A stretch of 63,066 bases of DNA, counting the filler. It is 8 parts of 8 records of this genome, joined end to end, with 100 filler letters (N's around TTAATTAATTAA, not from the genome) between each part and the next. Parts side by side here need not be neighbours in the genome. Positions count along the whole stretch, not along the records: positions 47,610 to 57,610 come from SRR31156797_42094; positions 57,711 to 63,066 come from SRR31156797_42196; 6 more parts are not named here. One strand, 5' to 3'. The notes beneath the pieces were generated by a model. It did not search any database and was not told the origin of the DNA. It was given only the letters and a program-made list of their open reading frames with translations. The position numbers and the translations under genes were made by a program. This document shows positions 49,147-59,211 of the stretch, one piece after another. How positions within the stretch are numbered: position 1 is the first letter of the stretch; every line of letters starts with the position of its first letter.

Positions 49147-50291
49147 GGGAGCCGATCCCCCACTTCGTCTCGGACGAACCCTTCGATCCGATCGAGGCCG
49201 AGGCCCTGACGCCGGAACAGGAACGCATCTTCATGGCGTCGCAATGGCGCATGATGTGGTGGCGTTTCAAGCAGCACAAGCTGGCCATGGCATCGCTGAC
49301 GGTGCTGATTTTAAGCTATCTATCGATCGTCTTTGTCGAGTTTTTAGTCCCCTACGAACTACGCCATCGGGGCCACATCTACGCACCGCCGCAGGCGATC
49401 CATATGTTTCACGAAGGCGACTTCGTCGGCCCCTTCGTCTATAAAATAAAATCAAAAATGAACATGGAGACGATGAAGCGCGAATACACGACCGACACCA
49501 GCAAACCGATGCCAATTCGCTTTTTCTGCAAGGGCGACCGGTACAAACTCTGGGGTCAGTTTCCGTCGCGCCTGCACCTGTTCTGCCCGCCCCGGGGCGG
49601 AACACTGTATTTGCTGGGAACCGACCGGCTGGGAGGGGACGTTTTTTCGCGCCTGATCTATGGCGGCCGCATCTCGCTGACCATCGGCCTGGTTGGGGTG
49701 ACGCTGAGTTTCCTTTTGGGCATCACGTTTGGCGGCATCGCCGGATATTTCGGCGGCATCGCCGACAATATCATCCAGCGCGTCATCGAGGTCCTGCGAT
49801 CGTTGCCGGAATTGCCGCTGTGGATGGCCCTTTCCGCCGCCCTGCCGGTGACCTGGAGCCCGTTGTGGATCTATTTCGGCTTGACGATGATTTTGGCCTT
49901 GCTCGACTGGCCCGGCCTGGCACGCGCGGTCCGATCGAAGCTGCTGGCCCTGCGCGAAGAGGATTACTGCGCGGCGGCGCGCCTGATGGGGGCAAAGCCG
50001 CGCCGCATCATCGGCCGGCATCTGCTGCCCAACTTCATGAGCCACCTGATCGCGTCCGCCACCCTGTCGATCCCGTCGATGATCCTGGCCGAAACGGCAT
50101 TGAGCTATCTCGGGCTTGGGTTACGGCCGCCGACGACCAGTTGGGGCGTGCTTTTGACCGAAGCGCAGAACTTCGACAACGTCGCCCTTTATCCCTGGCT
50201 GTTGACGCCGATGATCCCGGTGATCATTACCGTGCTGGCCTTCAATTTCCTGGGCGACGGTCTGCGCGACGCCGCCGACCCCTACGACTAA
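49143..50291 (+). CDS. Dpp/Opp-type ABC permease (DppC-like)
   Basis: LLGTDRLGGDVFSR, AARLMGA, ETALSYLGLG, NFLGDGLRDAADP. Confidence 0.93.
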   Translation: MREPIPHFVSDEPFDPIEAEALTPEQERIFMASQWRMMWWRFKQHKLAMASLTVLILSYLSIVFVEFLVPYELRHRGHIYAPPQAIHMFHEGDFVGPFVYKIKSKMNMETMKREYTTDTSKPMPIRFFCKGDRYKLWGQFPSRLHLFCPPRGGTLYLLGTDRLGGDVFSRLIYGGRISLTIGLVGVTLSFLLGITFGGIAGYFGGIADNIIQRVIEVLRSLPELPLWMALSAALPVTWSPLWIYFGLTMILALLDWPGLARAVRSKLLALREEDYCAAARLMGAKPRRIIGRHLLPNFMSHLIASATLSIPSMILAETALSYLGLGLRPPTTSWGVLLTEAQNFDNVALYPWLLTPMIPVIITVLAFNFLGDGLRDAADPYD

Positions 50292-50410
50292 CCACAACGA
50301 GCGCCCGTCACATCGGCTCAAAACGCCGTGAAGGCCCCTAACAAGGGCGCTTCGGGCGCCCCATCATCTCGTCAAGCCAACCGGCTAACCGATTTGACGA
50401 GGAGAAAGGC

Positions 50411-51064
50411 ATGTCCCGCCGCGCGATACGCAAAAGGACATTCCCGGTATTGGCGGTCGCCGCCATTGCGATGGCGTTCGGGTTCGTTCAAATACCCGGC
50501 CATGCCGCCGAGCCCGACGACCCGTTGCGTCCGAAAAAACATTTCGACGTCAAGCGTCCGGCCAACCTGACGGCGAACGAATCCCTGACCATTTATCAGA
50601 ACATCGCCGACGAGATGGCCAATGGGTACGCCATCTCGCAACACCCGGTCACGACGCGATTCCGCAAGTGGCGGCAATACAACATGTCGCCGTATAAGTC
50701 CGCCACCCACGGCAATCGCTACGTCAACAATTATGCCAATGCCGTCGCCGCCGGCGCCAACTACGGCGAGATGCCGGAAGGCGGGCAGATGCCGGCCGGA
50801 TCGATCCTGGCCAAGGACAGCTTCACCGTGACCGCCGACACCGCCGTCTTCGCCGGTGCGCTTTTCATCATGGAGAAGATGCCCAAGGATACGAAACCGG
50901 CCTTCGGCGACTGGCGCTATGCGATGATACTGCCGGACGGCAGCTATTTCGGCGACAGCGAGGGCGACAACGCCGAGGCGGTCGGTTTTTGCCACGACTG
51001 CCACAAGGCGAAAGCCAAAAACGACTTTCTGTTCTTCCTGCCGAAGAAATACCGGATGCCGTAG
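50411..51064 (+). CDS. Cytochrome P460/c'-beta family monoheme protein
   Basis: Signal peptide; SATHGNRYVNNYAN, MPAGSILAKDSF, FIMEKM, GDWRYA, C-terminal CHDCH..DFLF. Confidence 0.82.
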   Translation: MSRRAIRKRTFPVLAVAAIAMAFGFVQIPGHAAEPDDPLRPKKHFDVKRPANLTANESLTIYQNIADEMANGYAISQHPVTTRFRKWRQYNMSPYKSATHGNRYVNNYANAVAAGANYGEMPEGGQMPAGSILAKDSFTVTADTAVFAGALFIMEKMPKDTKPAFGDWRYAMILPDGSYFGDSEGDNAEAVGFCHDCHKAKAKNDFLFFLPKKYRMP

Positions 51065-51119
51065 GAAATATGCAAGAGAGCGGCTTTCCTTCCTTCGTCG
51101 GCTTCAGGCTTCGATAGTG

Positions 51120-52427
51120 CTATCTGGCGAAACCGAACGAGCGCGGCAGCCACATGAAAAGCTCGGGCATGAAGGTCACGAAGAACAGGACCGACAGCAT
51201 GATAGCCAGAAGCGGCAGCAACGGTTTGATGAGCTCGGTCATCTGAATATTGGCTATTCGGCACCCGACAAACAACGATGTTCCCACCGGCGGCGTGATC
51301 AGCCCGAATGTCAGGTTCACGACCATGACGACGCCCAGGTGAATGAGGTCGATTTCAAGCTTGTCGGCGAGCGGCAGCAGGATCGGCACCAGCATGATCA
51401 GCGCCGGGGCCAGGTCGATGAACAGGCCGACCGCCAACAGCAGGACGTTGATCATCAACAACAACACCCATTTTTTATCGGTAATCGCCAGGACGTTCTC
51501 GGCGATCCAGTCGGGGATGTTCTCGTAGGTTACGAGATAGGTGAACACGCTGGTCGTGGCGATCAGCATCATCACCACGGCGTTGGTCAGGCAGGCTTCC
51601 CACATGATGCCGGGAAGGTCGCGCACGGTTACCGAACGATAGACCGCCATGGTCAGGAACAACGCATAAACGGCGGCCACAGCACCGGCCTCGGTGGCCG
51701 TGAAGTAGCCGCTGGTGATGCCCACCAGGATGATGACCAGGGCAAAAAGCGCGCCCAGGCCGTCGATAATCCGCAAGAATTTCTCGCGCAGGCTTAGCTG
51801 CGGGGTCTTGGTCGGGTGATACAGCTTGCCGTGGATGTAGGACGCCAAAAGCAGGCCGCTGCCGATCATCACACCGGGGATGAAACCGGCCAGCAACAGG
51901 CCGGCGACCGAGACGTTGCCCGCGATGTAGGCGTACAGGATGAAGGGGATCGATGGCGGGATGATCGGACCCATGGTCGCCGAGGCCAGCGTGATGGCGG
52001 TGGCGAAGCGCCGGGTGTAACCGTCCTTCTCCATGGCGTTGATCATCATACGCCCGATCGAGGATACATCTGCGACCGCCGACCCCGAAACGCCGCCGAA
52101 CAGCATCGACGACATAACGTTCATCTGGGCGAGGCCGCCGGGAAAACGGCCGACCAGCACCTCGGCCATGCGAACCATGCGCACGGCGACGCCGCCGCGT
52201 ACCATGACGACGCCGGTAAAGACGAAAAATATACACGCCAGCAAGGGGAAAGAGTTGATGCCGAACAGCATGCGCTGGACCAGCGTCACATTGTCCATGA
52301 CGAACGGGTTGCCCATCAGCAGGTAAGTCAATCCGCCCAGCGCAGAAGCGATACCGATACCGAAGGCGATTGGCATGCCGACCATCAGCAGAATGACGAA
52401 GGTGGCGACGAGGACGATGATGGTCAT
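51120..52427 (-). CDS. dctM: TRAP transporter large permease
   Basis: Start re-assigned to ATG 52427; GGVSGSAVAD, GPIIPPSIP, FTATEAG, GLITPPVG. Confidence 0.93.
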   Translation of the reverse strand: MTIIVLVATFVILLMVGMPIAFGIGIASALGGLTYLLMGNPFVMDNVTLVQRMLFGINSFPLLACIFFVFTGVVMVRGGVAVRMVRMAEVLVGRFPGGLAQMNVMSSMLFGGVSGSAVADVSSIGRMMINAMEKDGYTRRFATAITLASATMGPIIPPSIPFILYAYIAGNVSVAGLLLAGFIPGVMIGSGLLLASYIHGKLYHPTKTPQLSLREKFLRIIDGLGALFALVIILVGITSGYFTATEAGAVAAVYALFLTMAVYRSVTVRDLPGIMWEACLTNAVVMMLIATTSVFTYLVTYENIPDWIAENVLAITDKKWVLLLMINVLLLAVGLFIDLAPALIMLVPILLPLADKLEIDLIHLGVVMVVNLTFGLITPPVGTSLFVGCRIANIQMTELIKPLLPLLAIMLSVLFFVTFMPELFMWLPRSFGFAR

Positions 52428-52479
52428 GGCGTGGCAATCCGTAATGAAAAAATATCGTTGTGAAAAACGATGGCGTCGA

Positions 52480-52989
52480 TCATGCGGCGTTAAGGTCCGG
52501 ACGTTCCGTGCGCAGATGCGGCGCAAACCAGTAATTCAGAATGTCGCGCAGGCTGAACAACACAATCAGGAAGCCCGACAGCGGCAGCGATGTGTAGTAC
52601 CAGACGTTGGTGAAGGGGATCGATTCCATGCCGTCGCTACCGAAGTCCTGCAAGAACTGGTAGCCGTAGACCGTCATAATTCCGCCGAACCCCAATATCC
52701 CGAAATTCACCAGATTATGGACAAATACGGCGGCTCGGCCGTCCAGCTTCTGATAGAAATACTCAAATGCGATGTGATCCTTGATATCGACGGCGACCGC
52801 ACCGGTCATGAAAGATATCCAGATCAACAGATAACGCGGCACTTCCTCGGACCACGAAAGGACCCAGGAGCAGCACTCGCGGGTAATCACCGTCGAGATA
52901 ACAATGGCGAACAGCGCGGTGGCGAGAACCAGGACATAGGCGCGGGCAGCGTACCGCAGCACATCGCAAAATCGATTAAACACAATCAT
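52480..52989 (-). CDS. dctQ: TRAP transporter small permease
   Basis: Four TMs, WSEEVPRYLLIW, HI; start ATG 52989. Confidence 0.9.
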   Translation of the reverse strand: MIVFNRFCDVLRYAARAYVLVLATALFAIVISTVITRECCSWVLSWSEEVPRYLLIWISFMTGAVAVDIKDHIAFEYFYQKLDGRAAVFVHNLVNFGILGFGGIMTVYGYQFLQDFGSDGMESIPFTNVWYYTSLPLSGFLIVLFSLRDILNYWFAPHLRTERPDLNAA

Positions 52990-53079
52990 TGAGGATACTC
53001 TCAGTACGGTATGATGTGGGGCGCCCAAGCAATCGACGCCCCACACCGTGCTTATCCCTTGCGGGAGAGACGAGAACGC

Positions 53080-54063
53080 CTAGAAGTTCTTTTGAGTGTC
53101 GAGCAGGTACTGAACCTCGGCGGCGACGCCAAGACGCTTGCCTTCTTTGTCCAACAGCGGCTTGACGCTATCGACGAAGGGCTGCTTTTCGACTTCCTCA
53201 ATGACCTTGAAGTTCGGCACGGTCTTCAGGAAGGCCAGCGAGGCCTTCTCATCCGCCGCCCAGGCGCCACGCATATAGGCTTCAGCTTCGTCACCGGCTT
53301 GCTTGATCGCGGCAACTTGGCTGTCGGAAAGCTTGCTCAGAACCTTCTGGGACGCAATCAGGACGTCCGGAATACGGGCATGTTCGTTCATCACATAGAA
53401 TTTCGTGACTTCGTAGAACTTCATGGAACGGATCGACGGCGGGTTGTTTTCCGCACCGTCAACAACGCCGGTCTGCAGAGCGTTGTAGAGCTCGCCCCAG
53501 GCCACCGGTACGCCGGTGCCGCCCATGGCGCCAACCATGGCGATCTGAACCGGCGAGGCCATCGTGCGGATCTTCTTGCCTTCCAGGCCGGCCGGGGTCG
53601 ACAGGTCGTTCTGGCCGAAGAAGCTACGTGCACCGGAATCGATGAAGCCAAGCGCGACGATGCCCTTGTCTTCAAGCGGCTTAATGAACTTCGCGGCGTT
53701 TTCCGAGTTCAGGTAGGACCAGTAGTGCCGGGCATTCTTGAAAATGAACGGCAACGAAAACATGTCCATGCGCTTGTCGACCTGCGACAGGTTGGCCGCC
53801 GAAACCGTGAAGAACGCAAGCGTGCCGTTGCGGATTGACTGCACGGAATCAACCGCATCGCCGAGGGCGCGGGCATAGTTCACATCAATGGTGATTTCGC
53901 CGTTGGTGAGTTCGGCCACGCGGTCGGCGAAGAATTCATGGGTCATCGAACCGGAGTGATCCGGCGGATGAAGGCCGTTCAGCTTCAGTTCAATTGCACT
54001 GGCGGTACCGGTCAGCGCAAGGACGCCGATCGTGGTAAGAGCTGCTGTGATTATGCGCTTCAT
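53080..54063 (-). CDS. dctP: TRAP transporter substrate-binding protein (probably uronate/sugar acid)
   Basis: Signal peptide; LPFIF, GARSFF, GKKIRT, GELYNALQTGVVDGAENN, FYEV. Confidence 0.93.
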   Translation of the reverse strand: MKRIITAALTTIGVLALTGTASAIELKLNGLHPPDHSGSMTHEFFADRVAELTNGEITIDVNYARALGDAVDSVQSIRNGTLAFFTVSAANLSQVDKRMDMFSLPFIFKNARHYWSYLNSENAAKFIKPLEDKGIVALGFIDSGARSFFGQNDLSTPAGLEGKKIRTMASPVQIAMVGAMGGTGVPVAWGELYNALQTGVVDGAENNPPSIRSMKFYEVTKFYVMNEHARIPDVLIASQKVLSKLSDSQVAAIKQAGDEAEAYMRGAWAADEKASLAFLKTVPNFKVIEEVEKQPFVDSVKPLLDKEGKRLGVAAEVQYLLDTQKNF

Positions 54064-54198
54064 TGTGGTGTTTCCACCTCCCTGTGTTTCGGCCTGCCCC
54101 CAAGCGGGCGTACTCCTGGCCCTACGAAATCTCTGTGTCGGCGCGGTTTGTTTTTATTGCTCGCGCCCGGACTTTCCTTCCATTCTCCGCCGATGCCC

Positions 54199-55272
54199 TC
54201 AGTCTCCTGATTGGACGACAGACATGGCCGCTTTCATGTACCCCAACGCGTACGCCATTCCGGCGTGCCAGGGCGCATCGCATTGCATGTGCGGGGTGTG
54301 ATCGGGAATCAATACGCCGTCATAGCCGATGTCTTTGAGGACCCGAAGCGCCTTTATCATGTCGATGTCGCCCTCATCCACAAAGACCTCGTAATACTCG
54401 GGCACCTTGCCGCGAACATTGCGAAAATGGATGTAACCGATGGCGTCTTGCCGACCGTACTTGTCCAGCGTCGAATACACGTCCCCTTCCGTCATCTCCT
54501 GGATGGAACCCATGCAAAGCTCAATGGCGTTCGAGCGGCTGGGAACCAGATCCAGAACCTTTTGATACAGATGCGGTTGATTGACGAGACGCGGCGTACC
54601 GCGCAGTGTCAGCATCGGCGGATCGTCGGGGTGCAGCGCCAGCCGAACACCCGCTTCCTCGGCAACCGGCACCACATCCTTGAGGAAGCCTTCCAACCGT
54701 TGCCAAAGCACGTCCGATCCGAAAGGCTCGATGACGCCATCCGGTGCGTCCGGGTCATAGACCATATTCCAGATCTCGCCGCTTGGTATCGGCGTTTCCT
54801 TTGGGCCTTTGTCGCCCAGGAAGGCGACGGTTTCGGCGTCGCCACGGGCGAACTTTCCGCGCACGTGTCCCCAGACACCGGCGATCGAGAAATTGTAGCC
54901 CATAACCGGAATACCGGCGGCGCCGATGGCCCGAATATTGGTTTTGACGGTTTCGATCTGCTGCTCGCGGTTCGGACCATCGAGCAAAATGTCATACCAG
55001 TGGGAAGGATCGAAGTTTTCGATGGCTTCGAGTTTCAGTCCTTCCGCCTCTACCGACTTGCGCAAACCGATCAGTTCTTCCGCCGTCCAGGGTTTGCCCT
55101 GGTTGCGCGTAACGCCCCAATTTTGTGATTCGCCACCGGTCTCGGGCAAGGCCGGATCCTTCGCGAAGTAGTTCGTCCAGTGAGCAACGATATGGCTACA
55201 CCCCGCCTGTTTGGCGAACTGGAAGTTCCCGGCCGTCAACATGTGTCGGTAGAGCCCGAAACCAAGCTTCAT
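54199..55272 (-). CDS. uxuA: Mannonate dehydratase
   Basis: PVMGYNF, VPVAEEAGVRLALHPDDPP, IHFRNVRG, EGDIDM, IPDHTP, ALGYMKA. Confidence 0.9.
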   Translation of the reverse strand: MKLGFGLYRHMLTAGNFQFAKQAGCSHIVAHWTNYFAKDPALPETGGESQNWGVTRNQGKPWTAEELIGLRKSVEAEGLKLEAIENFDPSHWYDILLDGPNREQQIETVKTNIRAIGAAGIPVMGYNFSIAGVWGHVRGKFARGDAETVAFLGDKGPKETPIPSGEIWNMVYDPDAPDGVIEPFGSDVLWQRLEGFLKDVVPVAEEAGVRLALHPDDPPMLTLRGTPRLVNQPHLYQKVLDLVPSRSNAIELCMGSIQEMTEGDVYSTLDKYGRQDAIGYIHFRNVRGKVPEYYEVFVDEGDIDMIKALRVLKDIGYDGVLIPDHTPHMQCDAPWHAGMAYALGYMKAAMSVVQSGD

Positions 55273-55381
55273 GCAGCGCCTCTCTTTTTTAACGTGGGCG
55301 TTCTCATGTCAAAGCCATGTTCGCCCTTCGTCAATTTATTGATCGAAATAATGGCCCAACCAATTTGATCGGGCAAGGGCA

Positions 55382-55430
55382 ATGTTTTGCTGTCCAACAA
55401 GCTTCCCAAAAATGTTAAACAGTTTAACAT
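55382..55430. promoter_or_regulatory. Palindromic operator(s) between divergent uxuA and uxaC
   Basis: Perfect ATGTTAAAC-a-GTTTAACAT (55412-55430) and degenerate ATGTTttgctgtccAACAA (55382-55400). Confidence 0.65.
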
Positions 55431-55500
55431 ATTCATGTTGACATATTCGCTTTCGCTCCGCCATCCTTCAGACAGAATGAAGGGGACGGAGGAAACATCC

Positions 55501-56916
55501 ATGGCCGCGCTATCGCTCGACAGGGATCGCCTGTTTCCGGGGGATCCCACAATTCGGGCGGTTGCCGGAAGCCTATACGAGACGGTCCGTCACCTGCCGA
55601 TCATCAGCCCGCATGGCCATACCGATCCGCGCTGGTTCGCCGAAGACATCCCTTTCGAGAACGCGACCCAGCTTCTGGTCACGCCGGACCATTACGTATT
55701 TCGACTGTTGTACAGCCTTGGGGTGCGGATGGAGGACATCGGCATCCCGCCCCGTGACGGCGCCGCTTTCGAACAGGACCCGCGGACGATCTGGCGGACC
55801 TTCGCCGAACACTGGTACGCGTTCCGGGGAACACCCACCCGGATGTGGATCGACCACGAACTGTCCGAGGTCCTTGGAATCAAAGTCCGTCTTGACGCAG
55901 ATTCGGCGGATGAGATTTTTGATGCTATAAATGACCGGCTTGCGACACCGGATTTTCGGCCTCGTGCGCTGTATGAACGGTTTAATCTGGCGGCTATTTC
56001 GACCACGGACTCGCCGCTTTCGGACCTTCGTCACCATAAGAAGATAGCCGAAGACGGTTGGTCGGGCCGGGTCGTTCCGGCCTTTCGCCCTGACTGTGTC
56101 ATCGATCCCGAGTACTTCCCAGACTTTCACGAAAACGTGGAGGAAATGGGAGCGTTGGCGAAGGAAGACGTCGCTCATTGGCGGGGTTACCTGAGGGCGT
56201 TGGAGGCGCGGCGACGGTATTTTATCGAAAATGGCGCCACCTCCACCGATCACGGCCACCCGACCGCCGGAACGGCCGATTTGGAACTGGGCGAATGCGA
56301 GCGTCTGTACCAGAAGATTATCAAGGGAACGTACACGCCGGACGAGGCCGAGCTATTCCGTCGGCAAATGCTGACCGAGATGGCGCGGATGAGTATCGAA
56401 GACGGACTTGTGATGCAAATTCACCCCGGATGCCTGCGAAGCCACAACGATGCCGTTTACCGGCGTTTCGGCCGCGACATGGGTGGCGACATTCCGGTTC
56501 CCACCGATTACGTCACCAACCTTCGTCCGCTTCTGAACAAGTTTGGCAACAACGCCTCGTTGACGGTGATCCTGTTTACGCTCGACGAAACCTCCTTCTC
56601 GCGGGAACTGGCGCCGCTGGCCGGTCACTATCCCAGTGTGCGTTTGGGGCCGCCCTGGTGGTTCCTGGACAGCCCCGAAGCGATGATGCGCTTCCGCGAG
56701 GCCGCGACGGAAACGGCGGGTTTTTACAACACGGTCGGCTTCAATGACGATACGCGGGCCTTTCTTTCCATTCCGGCACGTCATGACATCGCGCGCCGTG
56801 TGGATTGTTCCTATCTCGCCAGATTGGTCGTGGAGCATCGAATCGACGAAGATGAGGCGCACGACGTTGTCCGTGCGCTGGCCTACGACCTGCCCAAGGC
56901 TGCCTACAAACTGTAG
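55501..56916 (+). CDS. uxaC: Glucuronate (uronate) isomerase
   Basis: ATG 55501 after GGAGG; LPIISPHGHTDP, PDHYVFR, STDHGH, MQIHPG, GPPWWFLDS, GFNDDTRAFLSIPARHD. Confidence 0.96.
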   Translation: MAALSLDRDRLFPGDPTIRAVAGSLYETVRHLPIISPHGHTDPRWFAEDIPFENATQLLVTPDHYVFRLLYSLGVRMEDIGIPPRDGAAFEQDPRTIWRTFAEHWYAFRGTPTRMWIDHELSEVLGIKVRLDADSADEIFDAINDRLATPDFRPRALYERFNLAAISTTDSPLSDLRHHKKIAEDGWSGRVVPAFRPDCVIDPEYFPDFHENVEEMGALAKEDVAHWRGYLRALEARRRYFIENGATSTDHGHPTAGTADLELGECERLYQKIIKGTYTPDEAELFRRQMLTEMARMSIEDGLVMQIHPGCLRSHNDAVYRRFGRDMGGDIPVPTDYVTNLRPLLNKFGNNASLTVILFTLDETSFSRELAPLAGHYPSVRLGPPWWFLDSPEAMMRFREAATETAGFYNTVGFNDDTRAFLSIPARHDIARRVDCSYLARLVVEHRIDEDEAHDVVRALAYDLPKAAYKL

Positions 56917-56960
56917 GAATACGATGATTGTACGGCGGCACGATTGAGGAAAGTTATTGA

Positions 56961-57610
56961 ATGGTTCGCCGGGAAACATTAGCGGATCAGGTAGCGGATC
57001 ACATTCGGGAAGTGATCGACGTTCAGGGCTTGCAGCCCGGCGATCCAATCCCGACCGAGATCGAAATTACGCAAAAACTAGGCGTCAGCCGCGGAATCGT
57101 GCGCGAAGCTTTCCACGCCCTTTCGGCCTCGGGACTGATCAACGTTTCCAGCGGCAGGCGTTCGACCGTCGGTCAATTGCAAAGCGGCGTTTTGGAGAAT
57201 TTTTTCTCCCACGCGTTGATTACCAGCCAAGCCGATGTCCACAACATGATGGCGCTTCGCCAAGCCATCGAGTACGGCGCGGTCCGCATGGCGGCCGCCA
57301 ACCGCACCTATGCTCACCTCGATCAGCTGAAGACGACCCTGGATGCGATGCGAAGCTCGCTGGACGATCGCGAGCAGTTTATCCGTCATGATTTCAGGTT
57401 CCATTGTCTGGTCAGCGAAGCGTCCGGCAACGTGCTGTTTTGCCTGCTGATAGAAGGTTTGACCGGACCCATTCACCAAACCATGCGGGCCGGCATTCAG
57501 AACCGGGTGACGCCTGAAGACAAAAAGCATGTGCAGGCGGTGCATGAAAACATCTTCAAGGCCATTGAGGCCGGAGATGAAGGCGAAGCCGAGGCTGCGA
57601 TGCATCGTCA
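56961..57610 (+). CDS. GntR/FadR-family regulator, 3'-truncated
   Basis: LQPGDPIPTE..LGVSRGIVREA wHTH; FCD R..IE, DFRFH, SGN, H..I..AI. Confidence 0.92.
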
Positions 57611-57710
57611 NNNNNNNNNNNNNNNNNNNNNNNNNNNNNNNNNNNNNNNNNNNNTTAATTAATTAANNNNNNNNNNNNNNNNNNNNNNNNNNNNNNNNNN
57701 NNNNNNNNNN
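57611..57710. other. Artificial contig spacer
   Basis: N44-TTAATTAATTAA-N44. Confidence 0.98.
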
Positions 57711-58828
57711 GAATCGCCGAATTCCAGCACTCCGCCTTCCATGGCCACGGCCATGGCCGTCCCGGCTTCAATCGTATCCAGACCGAAGTCGTCGCACATA
57801 CGGTCGTACCGGGCAATGGCGTCAAGATCGTCAATACCGCAGTTCGGCCCCCAGGCCCACACGGTTTCATATTCCGGCCACTTGGATACGTAAGATCCGT
57901 CCGGGCCGAGATATATACCGGAACATTTGATAGTACAACCGGCCATGCATCCATGGGTCGGATTTCCGCCCCTTTTGACCGTGATCTCGTTTAGCGTTTC
58001 ACCGGCGACTTTTTCAGCCCCTTCAAAACGGCCGTCGCTGAAATTCCTGGTCGGCAAGGCGCCTGCTTCGTTAATTATGTTAATCAATACGTCAGTGCCG
58101 TACGTCGGCAGACCGCCGCTGGTTACCGGGTGCTCGGCCAAAGCCTTGGCAAAACGTTTTGCCGCCTCTTTAAAGGCTTCAGGGTTTTGCAACGGAGCCA
58201 GTTCGCCTCCAGCCGGATCGATGACCATGGCCTTCAAGCCCTTTGATCCCATTACCGCGCCCAAGCCGCCGCGGCCGGCATGCCTGGTCGGGTGAAGCTC
58301 CCTGTCCGTAAAAGCAACACTGGCGCCGCTCAGCTTCCATTCGCCCGCCTGGCCGATCGAAACGTAACCGGCTTTGTCGCCGTAAGTTTCCCTGAGCGCG
58401 CCCACTGTATCGTAGTTGCCCAGGCCGCTCAAATCGTCAGCCGGCAGAAGCTCGGCCTTGTCCTTGCCCAGAACAAGCTTGAACAGCTTGCCCTTTTCGG
58501 GCTGGCCTTCCACGACAATGGCCTGCACCCCAAGACGACCCAAATACTGGCCGGCCTGGCCGCCGGAATTGGCTTCCTTTATGGTTCCGGTCAGAGGGCT
58601 TTTGCCGCCGACCGAAATACGGCCTGAATTGGCGCAGTTCGTGGCCGCAAGCAGCCCTGGTGCAAAAATCAGTTTGTTTACGGGGCTAAGCGCATGACAG
58701 GTCGGATCGACTTCGGCGGCTATTATGGCCGATGTCAGTCCCCTGCCCCCAAGCCCTTGATACTGCTCGGGAATGTCTTCATACTTGATCGATTGGTCAG
58801 ACATGTTTACTCGAATTATCTTGAACAT
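57711..58828 (-). CDS. aor: Aldehyde:ferredoxin oxidoreductase family tungstoenzyme, 3'-truncated
   Basis: LGGRGL, KSPLTGTIKEANSGG, AGRGGLGAVMGSKGLKA, LPTRNF, CMAGCTIKC, PEYET, GLDTIE; start ATG 58828 after GGAGG. Confidence 0.93.
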
Positions 58829-59211
58829 TGGACACCTCCGGATGTTTTTATGAATCAATCTCTCACCCGCAGAAAAGTATAATGCGCTCTTAATATATTA
58901 TCAAGGTATTTTGCTAATTATTTTAATGGGTTAACTCTGTCGGGCTTGACATAATTCTTTCGCTGTCTCTTATTAATTTTAAAAATGCGGCTCAATCGTG
59001 AATTACCATTTTCATGGCCCGGTCAAGGCGTCAATTCATCAAAAACCCGCATGTCCCGCAACCACAACCCTTTACCGGCGGCCTGTAGACAAGCGTGTTC
59101 CAAAGTTCAATTTTCAACACATTTTCAATCGTTTTAATTGCTTGGCAAAATAGTTCCTTCTGTGACATAATTTGTTTGCCCAACCGGGGCCTGTTGGTAA
59201 AATAACTTGTT

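Noticed and set aside
50411-50440. Tat signal (SRR) on the P460-family protein
   Set aside because: Lacks the RRxFLK consensus, and c-type cytochromes are normally Sec-exported.
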